A DNA stretch of 64,000 bases from a virus. Its lineage: Duplodnaviria > Caudoviricetes. The stretch is from positions 12,652 to 76,651 of IMG/VR virus record IMGVR_UViG_3300020172_000524; one strand, 5' to 3'. The notes beneath the pieces were generated by a model. It was not told where the DNA came from. It worked only from the letters and a program-made list of their open reading frames with translations, and ran no database searches. The translations under genes were made by a program, and so were the position numbers. This document shows positions 44,839 through 54,159 of the stretch, in pieces (the first letter of the stretch is position 1; the number at the start of each line of letters is the position of its first letter).

Positions 44839-45784
44839 TCCAGTAGTCCTCCATTGTATATGCCCACATATCGTTTTCTGAGTGCCATTTTAAGCGTTGA
44901 ATTGCTTGGTGGAACCCTTCATACTCCTTACCTAAGTAAGTGCCTCCCATCTTTCCTAAATCCATTAGCTTGTCTGACATCTCATAGATCAAAGGACTAC
45001 CTGGATACTTCTGACTTTCTACAATAAATCTAAAGTTATGTATAGTCAAGTTCTCTCCGTAGATACTTAGGTCTGTTTGTTTAAGAGCTTCTGTGTAAAA
45101 GGCTGCTTGGAAATCATACCTGTGCTTAAGCAACATCTCTATCCAGTAGTTTAAAGAAGTTGTGGTTGTCTTAAGGTCAATAGGATATAGGATGTTGTTC
45201 ACTGTGTCAACTACCACTAAATCCAAAAGACCCTTACAAGCAACTCCTTCGTATTCAAACTGAAGAGACTGTTGGGTAAATACTTTAAACTGTGAATTCC
45301 CTACTACGTACTTAGAAGTAAAGGGACTCATCTTAAGAGTGTTGGCTACGTTCTGAATAGTTGCATACTGAATAGGACTTACTACTTTCTTTCCTTCTCC
45401 AGCAATCAAATCATCGTAATAGGCTTTACCCTCTTTCTCGAATCTCTCTCTTACTTTAGGGAGAGTATCACGCTTAAATCCTGCTAATTCGTAGGCTATG
45501 TTTTCTGCCATAGTATCATTACGATTAGCAAATAGATGCCATACGAAGTCTCCCATCTGTCCTGTAGGTCTTTCTACAGTAGTGAAATAGAATTGCTCCA
45601 TAAATACATCTTCTCCTTGAGTTAATAATAAATCTACTCCGTCACCTATAACTGTTACTTCTGCTGGTTCATCCATGTCAGAATTAGGATCGTAGTTAAT
45701 ATAAAGGTTAGGGTGTAAAAGTATTTTCTTTAGCCTACTCTGGCTTTGTGCTGTGTTGGATAAATAATCCTCGTCTAAAATCAT
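44816..45784 (-). CDS. PD-(D/E)xK exonuclease (RecB/Exo VIII, DUF3799-like)
   Basis: SQSRLK, CKGLLD, IDLKTT and YDFQAAFY motifs. Confidence 0.8.
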   Translation of the reverse strand: MILDEDYLSNTAQSQSRLKKILLHPNLYINYDPNSDMDEPAEVTVIGDGVDLLLTQGEDVFMEQFYFTTVERPTGQMGDFVWHLFANRNDTMAENIAYELAGFKRDTLPKVRERFEKEGKAYYDDLIAGEGKKVVSPIQYATIQNVANTLKMSPFTSKYVVGNSQFKVFTQQSLQFEYEGVACKGLLDLVVVDTVNNILYPIDLKTTTTSLNYWIEMLLKHRYDFQAAFYTEALKQTDLSIYGENLTIHNFRFIVESQKYPGSPLIYEMSDKLMDLGKMGGTYLGKEYEGFHQAIQRLKWHSENDMWAYTMEDYWNDGLRIV

Positions 45785-45972
45785 TGCTTCGTAAATTTAA
45801 TAGTTAGTGTAAACCATAAGAACCCTAAATGAATACTAAACCTCTCTCTAGAGTTAGTGCGACTAAAAGTTAATATGGGTAAAGGATAGAAGAACCAATA
45901 AGGATAATCCCTTTGGCCTTTGGTTAGTTTGGAGTAGTTACTTACTTGAATCTTCATGTCTTCTATCGTCAT
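45781..45972 (-). CDS. Small hydrophobic hypothetical protein
   Basis: 63 aa, aromatic-rich; ATGA overlap with the next gene. Confidence 0.5.
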   Translation of the reverse strand: MTIEDMKIQVSNYSKLTKGQRDYPYWFFYPLPILTFSRTNSRERFSIHLGFLWFTLTIKFTKQ

Positions 45973-46261
45973 ACTGAGACTTCTCTCTCATTATGTACGA
46001 GAGAAACATAGCGTTACACATTACATGTCCTAAGTGATCTATTCCTGATTCAGGGTCTTTATCTTCTCCTGAAAGAAAAGCAAACATATGCCTAAGCAAG
46101 CTCTCGCTTACTTCACTTACAGGCATACCCTTACACCAATTCCATTTCTCGTATTTCTCTGCTCCAAATTCAAGGACTTCAACCATAGGCTCTAGAGACT
46201 TAAAATCTACTAAAGACCATTGTCTCTTTCCTTTGTTGTAGCGTAGTGCTTGTTCAGTCAT
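45938..46261 (-). CDS. dATP/dGTP diphosphohydrolase domain protein (DUF5664)
   Basis: RYNKGK..W..FGAEKY..NW.KG..SLLRH..DPESGIDHLGHVMCN. Confidence 0.85.
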   Translation of the reverse strand: MTEQALRYNKGKRQWSLVDFKSLEPMVEVLEFGAEKYEKWNWCKGMPVSEVSESLLRHMFAFLSGEDKDPESGIDHLGHVMCNAMFLSYIMREKSQYDDRRHEDSSK

Positions 46262-46263
46262 AG

Positions 46264-46536
46264 TTAACGCTTTAAAGCACCTGTAGTAGTTTTAGAAATA
46301 GGATAAGCAGGAACTACTGTAAGAACAACTCTTCCAAATTTCATAGGAAGAACATTAGTTACAATAGACATTACTTCATTACAGTTTACTATAGTTCCTA
46401 ATTGAATAGTTTGACTGTACTCATCTCCATAATAGGTGACCATGTTTTCTCCATAAGCGTAGGAGTGTGCGACATCAGGGGAGCCAACAGCTTCCACTTT
46501 GTCTGATTCTGTGCGGGGTTCTATAATATATAACAT
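46264..46536 (-). CDS. Hypothetical protein
   Basis: 90-aa ORF in operon. Confidence 0.55.
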   Translation of the reverse strand: MLYIIEPRTESDKVEAVGSPDVAHSYAYGENMVTYYGDEYSQTIQLGTIVNCNEVMSIVTNVLPMKFGRVVLTVVPAYPISKTTTGALKR

Positions 46537-46541
46537 AATTT

Positions 46542-46979
46542 TTAGTCTAGTTCTGGTACTTCCACTCCCAGGATATCTCTTGCAAATACAATCACATCTT
46601 GTATAAACTTATGTACTTCGTCTTTCTTACCGTTAGATAAGGAGAGAGGAGTTTTAATAAACTGTCCTTGGAACATAGTCTCTTCGTAGAAGTACTTGTC
46701 TTTAAGGAATGTTACTACGTCCTCTTTGCTGTATACTTCGCCTGTAAGCGACTCAAAGCCTGCTTTTACTATAGGTACTAGGGTACTATAGAAATAAGCT
46801 AACTGAGGGTTTGTTTTCTTAGAATCTATTCTAGTAATACAAACTTCTACATCTATACTCGGATCTTGTTTCATAAGTTCTTTAAAGTATGATTGCATTA
46901 ACTCTTTATCTCCCTTAAGATAAACGTTACCATCTATATTAAGGGAGAGAGTTGCAGGTATGTAAACTCTATTTATCAT
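46542..46979 (-). CDS. NinB/Orf-like recombination accessory protein
   Basis: KKTNPQLAYFY..FIQDVIVFARDILGVEVP pattern. Confidence 0.5.
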   Translation of the reverse strand: MINRVYIPATLSLNIDGNVYLKGDKELMQSYFKELMKQDPSIDVEVCITRIDSKKTNPQLAYFYSTLVPIVKAGFESLTGEVYSKEDVVTFLKDKYFYEETMFQGQFIKTPLSLSNGKKDEVHKFIQDVIVFARDILGVEVPELD

Positions 46980-47229
46980 TAGTTCTCTTTTCTATTTCTT
47001 CCAAAAGCAAAAATGCTAACTCTTCGTCTTCTTCTATCTGGTTACTTACGTTTCTCTTCTGCAAATATCCGTCTAAAATTTTAATAAAGTAAGCATTTTT
47101 TGCTTTTGCTTCGTTAATTGCTTTCCGTAAATCGTCATTAACAAACTCACGGATAAACTGATACTGTGTGTTAACTGCTCTAGCAAGAAGATAAGTTCTT
47201 CTTACTTCTTTTATCTGTTCCTCTGTCAT
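46969..47229 (-). CDS. Hypothetical protein (start revised from 47304)
   Basis: ATG lies 1 nt after the polA stop. Confidence 0.55.
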   Translation of the reverse strand: MTEEQIKEVRRTYLLARAVNTQYQFIREFVNDDLRKAINEAKAKNAYFIKILDGYLQKRNVSNQIEEDEELAFLLLEEIEKRTNDK

Positions 47230-47230
47230 C

Positions 47231-49201
47231 TTACTTCTTCCAATATGGTGCAATACAGGGATCTGCTTTAAGAGGAACTCTCTTACAAAACTTAGCACCT
47301 GCATCTACCATTGCTTTTTCTAATTGTGCAGCAGCCTGTTGCGCAATTTCCTCAGGTGTTTCTATTAATATCTCATCGTGTATTATATTGACCATCAATA
47401 CTTTAAACAATAAGTTATTAGGTACTAGATACTTAGTCCAGAAATACACACAAGCTAACTTAGTAATCTCTGCGGATTCACCTTGGATAGGATAGTTTAA
47501 AGACATGCGTTCAATGTCTCCACGTTTTCTAAAGAATTGACTTACCTTTTCTTTCATCTCTCTAGCCGTAGGTGTGTTTGCATTCTTCATCTGCTTGTAC
47601 CTGTCCCAGAAATCTTTGTTCATCTCATTCTTAAGTTTAGAAAACTCATCGTAGTAATCTACGTAAGACTTCTTACCTGTTACGGGTGAGATAAGAACAT
47701 AGCCATTCTCTACACCAAACTTCTTTGCTTCAGTAAAATAAGCTGCTAATCCTGGGAAGGCTCTAAAGTATGCATCATAGATAGACTGACCTTGTTCTAC
47801 ATTTAGTCCTAATTGATCTGCAATACCAATACCTGAGCCACCGTAGTTAATAGCAAAGCCTGCAACTTTAGCTGATTGACGCTTATCCTTGTGTTTCTTT
47901 TTGATGTCATTAAGATCCATACCATCTAACTCAGGATACATCTTGCTCGCAATAAAGCTGTGCATATCACCTAAGTCATTATCGTAGAATTCTAAAAGGT
48001 TTTTATCTAGACACTTGTTAACTAATACAATTTGTTCTTGACCTGTATAGTCACAACCTACTAGAGTGTTTCCTTCTGATGCTACAAAGCAAGATCGAGT
48101 TTCTTGGTCTGAGGGAATGTTCTGAAAGTTAAAGTTCTTTACGTCTCCTGATTTACCACCACTAGATAAGCGTCCTGTGTTCATCAACTGCTTAAACTGT
48201 GTGTGGATTCTTCCGCTTACTGGATTAATTTGATCTATCCAGTTCTGTCCGTAAGTACCTATGTCCTTTTGAGCTCCCTTAAACTTTAAATAAAGCTCAA
48301 TAATGGGGTATTTTGAGCTGTATTTTACTAGATGGTTAGCTTCAATGGTGTCTTTAGTCTTTCCTTTCTCTACTACCTTAGTGTTTACACCTAGTGCTTG
48401 AAAGAATTCTACTACCTGTGAAGGTGAGTTCCAATTCACATTAACCTTAGTCGAAGAAGAGAAGAGGTCAAGTTGAGAGTCGATAAACTTTTCCATCTTA
48501 TTATCTAGGATGAATTGGTTTAACTGTGCTTCAGCTTCATCTGCTATGGCTTGTACTTTGTTTATCTTAGCTGTCCATTGCTCTACGTCTAGTTTCATTC
48601 CTGAATACTCGATGTAGGCTAGTACTAATACAAACTTATTGTCCAAATCAATGGACACTGAGGTACCATCTGCTAGCTGTAAGAACTCTTGTTTGTCCTT
48701 TAATTCGTGTAGATACTTTACGTCATACGCAGAGTATTTTACGAAACCTTCAGTAAGTCTACCTGTAATATTTAGTCGCTCTTCTTTGCTTAGTATGATT
48801 CCACAATGACGTAATACACAAGCAGCAAGTGAGCATCTATGGCTTTCTATACCTAGGCGAGATGTTTTTTCTCCTAAGAAGGTATCATATACCTTTGTTG
48901 GAATTACCCTATAATGATAAAGGAATCTTAGGTCAAACTTTAAGTTATGACCAATAAGACCCTTAGTCTCTAATAACTCTTTGTATTCGTTGATGTCAAT
49001 CGTAGTTAAGTCTATTACGTATTGAACATCATTATCTCCTAACTGAAGAGTATACAGTTTAGTAGTGTAAGGATCGAAACCTGAGGTCTCTGTGTCCAAA
49101 CCTATCCACTCTAACTTGTTTAAGTATTCGAGGGACTCTTGTACTGTAGTAAGGGTAATGTCGGGTAAGGAGATATCTTGTTTGGTAACTAGATATATCA
49201 T
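47231..49201 (-). CDS. polA: DNA polymerase family A with 3'-5' exonuclease
   Basis: Exo I DTET, Exo II GHNLKFD, Exo III YSAYD; TGRLSS; motif A DYTGQE; motif B RQSAKVAGFAINYG; motif C IHDE. Confidence 0.95.
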   Translation of the reverse strand: MIYLVTKQDISLPDITLTTVQESLEYLNKLEWIGLDTETSGFDPYTTKLYTLQLGDNDVQYVIDLTTIDINEYKELLETKGLIGHNLKFDLRFLYHYRVIPTKVYDTFLGEKTSRLGIESHRCSLAACVLRHCGIILSKEERLNITGRLTEGFVKYSAYDVKYLHELKDKQEFLQLADGTSVSIDLDNKFVLVLAYIEYSGMKLDVEQWTAKINKVQAIADEAEAQLNQFILDNKMEKFIDSQLDLFSSSTKVNVNWNSPSQVVEFFQALGVNTKVVEKGKTKDTIEANHLVKYSSKYPIIELYLKFKGAQKDIGTYGQNWIDQINPVSGRIHTQFKQLMNTGRLSSGGKSGDVKNFNFQNIPSDQETRSCFVASEGNTLVGCDYTGQEQIVLVNKCLDKNLLEFYDNDLGDMHSFIASKMYPELDGMDLNDIKKKHKDKRQSAKVAGFAINYGGSGIGIADQLGLNVEQGQSIYDAYFRAFPGLAAYFTEAKKFGVENGYVLISPVTGKKSYVDYYDEFSKLKNEMNKDFWDRYKQMKNANTPTAREMKEKVSQFFRKRGDIERMSLNYPIQGESAEITKLACVYFWTKYLVPNNLLFKVLMVNIIHDEILIETPEEIAQQAAAQLEKAMVDAGAKFCKRVPLKADPCIAPYWKK

Positions 49202-49842
49202 TTTAAAATGGGTCCTACTATCTTGTTATAATCATTTAAAGCCTGTTTAAGCTTTTCATACTTCTGCTCTTGTGAGTAGTTGCCTTGTTCAATATCCGTA
49301 AGGCAGGTTCTATACACATCGTAGATAAGCTTTCTATCGTGGTTACTTAACTTAAGAATCTTATTCGAAAGTTGTAGCATGTCTTCTGTGGTATCTTCTC
49401 CCCATATTCTGTTTAGGGACTTACCTAAGTTCCATACGTGATGAGGGGTATAAAGATTGCACTTAGGACAAGCGGGTAATAAGTTAGTTAAGTGATAACG
49501 AGTAGATACTTTAGTTCTACCTACAAAGTGAGCACATTGAAGTCCTTTAGGATCTAGAGTAATTTCACAAGCATGACACTTATTAATGTGTGCAGCCCTT
49601 ACTAGCCATGATGTTATTTGGTCTAACCTGCTTTGGGTAATGGTTTCTTGCTTGATCTTACGTTTGATTTCTTTGCGGACTTTTTGCTTAGCTTTCTTTT
49701 CTTTTACTACGCATCCTGCACAAAGTCTCTTAGTCTTGTTGGCGATAGCTTTTACTTTACCGCACTCAGAGCAAGGCTTCTGCAAGTCTCTTTCTTCGGG
49801 ATTTCCTTTTACAGGAACTTTCTTGATTGTTCTCTTTAACAT
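49198..49842 (-). CDS. NinG/Rap-like HNH endonuclease with N-terminal Zn finger
   Basis: CSEC..CAGC, then CHAC..QCAHF..TRYHLTNLLPACPKCN. Confidence 0.75.
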   Translation of the reverse strand: MLKRTIKKVPVKGNPEERDLQKPCSECGKVKAIANKTKRLCAGCVVKEKKAKQKVRKEIKRKIKQETITQSRLDQITSWLVRAAHINKCHACEITLDPKGLQCAHFVGRTKVSTRYHLTNLLPACPKCNLYTPHHVWNLGKSLNRIWGEDTTEDMLQLSNKILKLSNHDRKLIYDVYRTCLTDIEQGNYSQEQKYEKLKQALNDYNKIVGPILK

Positions 49843-49848
49843 GGTCTA

Positions 49849-49856
49849 CAAATATA
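49849..49856 (-). promoter_or_regulatory. -7 promoter element 6 nt before ATG
   Basis: Minus strand TATATTTG-tagacc-ATG, just after a terminator. Confidence 0.6.
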
Positions 49857-49860
49857 ACTA

Positions 49861-49886
49861 AAAGAAAAGGGGATCTGTTGACCCCC
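49861..49886 (-). terminator. Intrinsic terminator
   Basis: Minus strand GGGGGTC-aaca-GATCCCC-TTTTCTTT. Confidence 0.75.
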
Positions 49887-49911
49887 TAATCTTTTTTGGC
49901 ATGCAAGAGAA

Positions 49912-50760
49912 TTACAAAGTTAATCTAGCTTCGTGTAAAGGAGTGTAGGTTTCAGAAATTAATTCTAAGCCTCTGTTGTTGATGTTGTAAGCTGTACCGT
50001 GGATCAAAGACTCACGCTTATGCTCTATACTCTTGTGTCCCATCATATAGTTAGTGAAACGAGTTGTAGCATTAAACAAAGCATAAGCTGTATTACCATG
50101 AGTGTTATACTCAGTAGCGATAGCTTGTTTGAAATCTAAAATACGATTTTTAGTACGAGAAGCTTCTCCATCACCTCCGATAATACCTACGATAAACTCG
50201 TCTGTAACTACCTCAGGAATGTTAATCTTACTCAATTCGATTAGCTTTTCAACAAACTGCTCTTCTTGAGTAAGAGAGTTTTGTAGTTGAGAGATGATAA
50301 CTGCTAATCTTCCGTGAGAGTTCTTAGTATGTCTTACCCTCTGAGAGTCTCTTAGAGCCATGTAAAACGTGTTAGCACATACAACTGTCACATTGGTTGC
50401 TCCGAAGCCAATAGGAGCACTACCATCGTGTGAAGTAAGGGCTGTAAGAAACCTCTTATTGTCAGATCCACCGATAGTAACATCAGTTAGAGGGAATTGA
50501 TAGTATACTTTCTGGCCGTCTCCTAAGAAACCACCTCTTTCTCCTGAGATATTAACCCTAGCAGCAGCTTCTAAAAGCATGTCTAAGATTTCTTCATTCT
50601 GTGTAGGAACATATTTAGATCCTACAATACCTAAGCACTTGTTAGTATCTCCTCTGAAGATACCAAAAGCAGGAGTAGGTTCTCCGTTAGGACCTACTAG
50701 TTCACGTTTGTCTACTGTCCAGTTAGTCCTGGAGGTTTCTAATAATTGTTGTTTGTTCAT
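49912..50760 (-). CDS. DUF932 (TIGR03299-like) protein
   Basis: LGIVGSKYVPTQN, TSHDGS, VVCANT, RHTKN and TAYALFNATT motifs. Confidence 0.85.
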   Translation of the reverse strand: MNKQQLLETSRTNWTVDKRELVGPNGEPTPAFGIFRGDTNKCLGIVGSKYVPTQNEEILDMLLEAAARVNISGERGGFLGDGQKVYYQFPLTDVTIGGSDNKRFLTALTSHDGSAPIGFGATNVTVVCANTFYMALRDSQRVRHTKNSHGRLAVIISQLQNSLTQEEQFVEKLIELSKINIPEVVTDEFIVGIIGGDGEASRTKNRILDFKQAIATEYNTHGNTAYALFNATTRFTNYMMGHKSIEHKRESLIHGTAYNINNRGLELISETYTPLHEARLTL

Positions 50761-50954
50761 AAGGCTGGTCTTTTAAATGTTTCAATAAAGTTTTGTAGTT
50801 CTTCTAATTCTTTAATTCTACCTTGTACTTCACAATATTCGTACTCGGTACTTTGTTCCATTAGTTTGGTTTGTTTTACTCTTTCAGTAAAGTGTTCTAT
50901 TAATTTAGATTTAAATTCTAAATGACTTAATGTCTCGAAATCTTGCCAATTCAT
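50757..50954 (-). CDS. Hypothetical protein
   Basis: 65 aa; ATGA overlap with the DUF932 gene. Confidence 0.55.
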   Translation of the reverse strand: MNWQDFETLSHLEFKSKLIEHFTERVKQTKLMEQSTEYEYCEVQGRIKELEELQNFIETFKRPAL

Positions 50955-50959
50955 ATTTT

Positions 50960-51661
50960 TTATTTTAAGTTTTGTAGCCAGTCTATATCATCACGATTAC
51001 TGGCCATTAGTATTTCGTTTATTCTTTTAAAGTGGTTACATTCCCACTTACCTCCAGCGTATAGAGCAGCTGCAGGATGAGGTGCTACTAATACGTGATG
51101 AAACTTATCATCAATTAAAGGAGCAAACTTTAAAGCATCTTTACCCCAGAAACAAAAGATAAGTCCTGTAGTGCTTTCGTTTAAAGTTTTGAATACAGCT
51201 TCTGTAAATTGAGTCCAATGAGCTAGGTGAGAACCTGACTTACCTTCTTCGATAGTTAAAGCTGCGTTAATTAAGAGAACTCCTTGCTTAGCCCATGCTT
51301 CTAGGTCCATGTCAATAGGAAATGATAGTTCGTCTGGATAAATGTCTTCTTTAATCTTGTTATACATAACCCTTAAAGAAGGAGGAACTTGATCTTTATT
51401 TCTAGGACTGAAAGCTAAGCCATGTGCTGTAGGTTCTCCTTTGTATCTACCTGGATACGGATCCATACCTAAGATAACCACTCTTACTTTCTGAAAAGGG
51501 GTTAAATTAAAAGCCTTGAAGACTTCATCTTTGTAAGGAAGAATAGACTTAGTTTGTCTTTCCTTAGCAATGAAACCCCCAAGGCTCTTAAAATATGGAC
51601 TTTCTATTGTATCTCTTAAGTGTAGATACCAATCATCTGGAATTGGTACTATTTTTTGCAT
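50960..51661 (-). CDS. ung: Uracil-DNA glycosylase family 1 (start revised from 51712)
   Basis: VRVVILGMDPY, AHGLAFS, PPSL, WAKQGVLLIN, FWG and HP motifs. Confidence 0.9.
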   Translation of the reverse strand: MQKIVPIPDDWYLHLRDTIESPYFKSLGGFIAKERQTKSILPYKDEVFKAFNLTPFQKVRVVILGMDPYPGRYKGEPTAHGLAFSPRNKDQVPPSLRVMYNKIKEDIYPDELSFPIDMDLEAWAKQGVLLINAALTIEEGKSGSHLAHWTQFTEAVFKTLNESTTGLIFCFWGKDALKFAPLIDDKFHHVLVAPHPAAALYAGGKWECNHFKRINEILMASNRDDIDWLQNLK

Positions 51662-52262
51662 TTTTATGTCTAAGTAATCTTCTTTTTCTACTATCCAAAG
51701 TTTGTACAACAATATTAGGATTAAGTACGGTAGTCATAACTCCTGGATTTGCTAACTCTAGCTCGTTTAAAATTGTGTTATATTTAGTTTTATAACTATT
51801 TAGGGTGTCGTAGAAATCACAGTGTTGTCTGATAGAATGTATAATTGTAGAATGATCTTTGCTTAAGAGTTCTCCGACTTTCATATAAGTGTAGTGAAAC
51901 TGAATTAGTAAAACAGCAGCAAATTGAAACCTAGCTTCTACAAATTCTCTCTTACGACTGTAAAGAATGAAGTCTGCTATACTGACTTTATTTACATCAC
52001 ATACAACTTTCATTACTTGTGTCTCGAAGTCGGTAAAAGAATGTAAGTTTATTTTAATCTGTTTAGCTTTTTCTTCTGCAATCCTTTTTCTTTCTTTGTA
52101 GACTTCAGGATCTATTTCTCCTATTTTTCTTTCGTAATAACGTTTGTTATCGGTCTTTTTTGAAACTAGTTTTAAAAGACCTGCTCTTTCTAATGGTCCT
52201 ACCTCTAGTTTATTAAATACGATTCCTAAAGCTTCATCTACAATATCTTTAACTCTTGGCAT
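51633..52262 (-). CDS. Protein with DnaA C-terminal (domain IV) helix-turn-helix
   Basis: SRKREFVEAR..VGELLSKDHSTIIHS matches the Bac_DnaA_C signature; no AAA+ domain. Confidence 0.75.
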   Translation of the reverse strand: MPRVKDIVDEALGIVFNKLEVGPLERAGLLKLVSKKTDNKRYYERKIGEIDPEVYKERKRIAEEKAKQIKINLHSFTDFETQVMKVVCDVNKVSIADFILYSRKREFVEARFQFAAVLLIQFHYTYMKVGELLSKDHSTIIHSIRQHCDFYDTLNSYKTKYNTILNELELANPGVMTTVLNPNIVVQTLDSRKRRLLRHKNAKNSTNSR

Positions 52263-53227
52263 AATTTTATTAATTTATCTTTTCCGTGTTCTTTATAAAT
52301 GTCACTAATGTCCTTACCTAGACTTGCATGATGGTATAATACAGGTATGTCGTACATCTCAGATATCTTCTGTGAGCCTTCTATACCTGCTCTATCTGCA
52401 TCAAACCACACATATATGTTATCGAATCTTGCTCTAAGCAATTCATAGGCATTTTCCGATATAGGTGTAGTTTCGCTTCTTACTGCAACTGCATTAACTC
52501 CAATAGAGTGTAAGGTCATAACATCTTTAGTACCTTTAGTGATGACTAGGATACTTCCTTTGTGAGGGAGTTGTGTGTATCCTTCTAGCATGCCTCCGAA
52601 GAAATTAGTTCTAAACTTTACTCTCTTTTCTGCAAAAGGACGGTATAGTTTAAATTTATCTTTTTCTTTGTAGCGATAGCAAGGATCAAAGTCATTATTA
52701 ATGTACCAGATGTTGTCAGCTATCCAAGCTTTGTCTACTCTTCTTATGTCAAAAAACTTAAGGATACTCGGAGTTACTCCGAACTGTGCCCAATATTCTA
52801 AGTCTTTCTGTGTAAAACGAGTAAGTTTAACTTTAATAGATGCTGGCTTTACCTCTGCTGGTTTAACTGTTTTAAGACTATCGACTTCTGTTTTAAGACC
52901 TAACCTATCTTCTAGGCTAAAGTTCTTAAGTTGGAAGTCAGACTCAATCTTATAAAGAATGTCTGGATACTCGTAACCAGTTCTCATTTGAGCTATGTCT
53001 ATACAGTTGTAGTGGATTTTCTCAGTAGCGTAATCTATAAAATAAAGATTACCACCTTGACTCCACTTAAAGAAGCATGTTGCATGCTTATCAGATCTGA
53101 AAGGATTCTTGTACTTGTTTCTAAAATTAATCTTTTCTCCGAAGTAGAACTCCATGAGTTGTTCTTGACCTAATAACTTGTACAAAGTTTGTACGTTAGG
53201 TCTAATTTCTATACTTGTCAGATCCAT
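52238..53227 (-). CDS. DNA primase (TOPRIM, crAss-type)
   Basis: NPFRSD N-terminus; ITKGTKDVM and WFDADRAG TOPRIM motifs; KDISD. Confidence 0.85.
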   Translation of the reverse strand: MDLTSIEIRPNVQTLYKLLGQEQLMEFYFGEKINFRNKYKNPFRSDKHATCFFKWSQGGNLYFIDYATEKIHYNCIDIAQMRTGYEYPDILYKIESDFQLKNFSLEDRLGLKTEVDSLKTVKPAEVKPASIKVKLTRFTQKDLEYWAQFGVTPSILKFFDIRRVDKAWIADNIWYINNDFDPCYRYKEKDKFKLYRPFAEKRVKFRTNFFGGMLEGYTQLPHKGSILVITKGTKDVMTLHSIGVNAVAVRSETTPISENAYELLRARFDNIYVWFDADRAGIEGSQKISEMYDIPVLYHHASLGKDISDIYKEHGKDKLIKLCQELKIL

Positions 53228-53241
53228 AAGAAAGGTTTTTA

Positions 53242-53277
53242 AAAGAAAAAGGGGCTACAAATGTAACCCCTTTTCTT
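53242..53277 (-). terminator. Terminator after SSB, containing a -7 promoter element in its loop
   Basis: Minus strand GGGGTTAC-attt-GTAGCCCC-TTTTTCTTTT; TACATTTG at 53258-53265. Confidence 0.75.
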
Positions 53278-53300
53278 AAAAATGAAACAGTTAGTTAAAA

Positions 53301-54140
53301 TTAAAACAAGCTATCTACGTCATCACTAACAGGAGCAGTAGCTACATCGCTTTTTTCCCATGACATCATATCACTAGCAAAAGGACTTTCTACTTCGTTA
53401 GCAGCAGGTGCATTGTTTTCGGTGTATTCTTTGAAGTCAAAGTTTCCGTAGAAACTCTTAAATCCATACTCACCAGTAACTTGTTTAGCTACGTAATCAG
53501 TGATTTTACTGTTTACGTTTACAAATACTTTAGTACATACATCTTGGTATTTGTCGTCTTTGATTCCTAAAAGAACTTTAACACCCATGTTGGCTTTGTT
53601 AAAGTGAGCAAAGAAATCTACCAACTCATTACCTTTACCCTTTGCAATAGAATTCCAAGAATCCAACACAAATGGCTTCTCTTTAGGAGAGATATTACCA
53701 TAAGCTTTTAATAAAGAGTATACAGTTTCTTCACCACCTTTAGCTTCACGAACACTCTTAAGGTCCATTCTACGAGAAGGATCCAAAGATGCTTGTGCTT
53801 CACTCAAAGCAGCCAAGTTCTCAGCCCAAGAAGTTCTAGTAAAGTTGTCAATGAATTGTTTCTTACCTGCTTGAGAGGTACGAGTATCATTGTTTACCCA
53901 CAAAGAAAACTTACCACGTAAGTCTGTTTTAAAATCAGGATGATTTACATACCAGAAGTCTAAACGCATTCCGTTTTCTCCTTCGTAGTTAGGCTCTTTT
54001 ATTTTGTCTTCGTCAATACCTAGTAAAGCAGCAAGTGCTTTACTGTTAGGGTTAACAGCTACAACTTGGATAGGAGCAAATCCTGTGTACATTTTTTTGC
54101 CTGATGAAGGCTCTCTGGTTTCTAATTCGTCAAATTTCAT
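53301..54140 (-). CDS. Putative single-stranded DNA-binding protein
   Basis: Between AAA ATPase and primase; acidic tail ending DDVDSLF. Confidence 0.6.
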   Translation of the reverse strand: MKFDELETREPSSGKKMYTGFAPIQVVAVNPNSKALAALLGIDEDKIKEPNYEGENGMRLDFWYVNHPDFKTDLRGKFSLWVNNDTRTSQAGKKQFIDNFTRTSWAENLAALSEAQASLDPSRRMDLKSVREAKGGEETVYSLLKAYGNISPKEKPFVLDSWNSIAKGKGNELVDFFAHFNKANMGVKVLLGIKDDKYQDVCTKVFVNVNSKITDYVAKQVTGEYGFKSFYGNFDFKEYTENNAPAANEVESPFASDMMSWEKSDVATAPVSDDVDSLF

Positions 54141-54159
54141 AATAATTTTTTTTTGTTTT

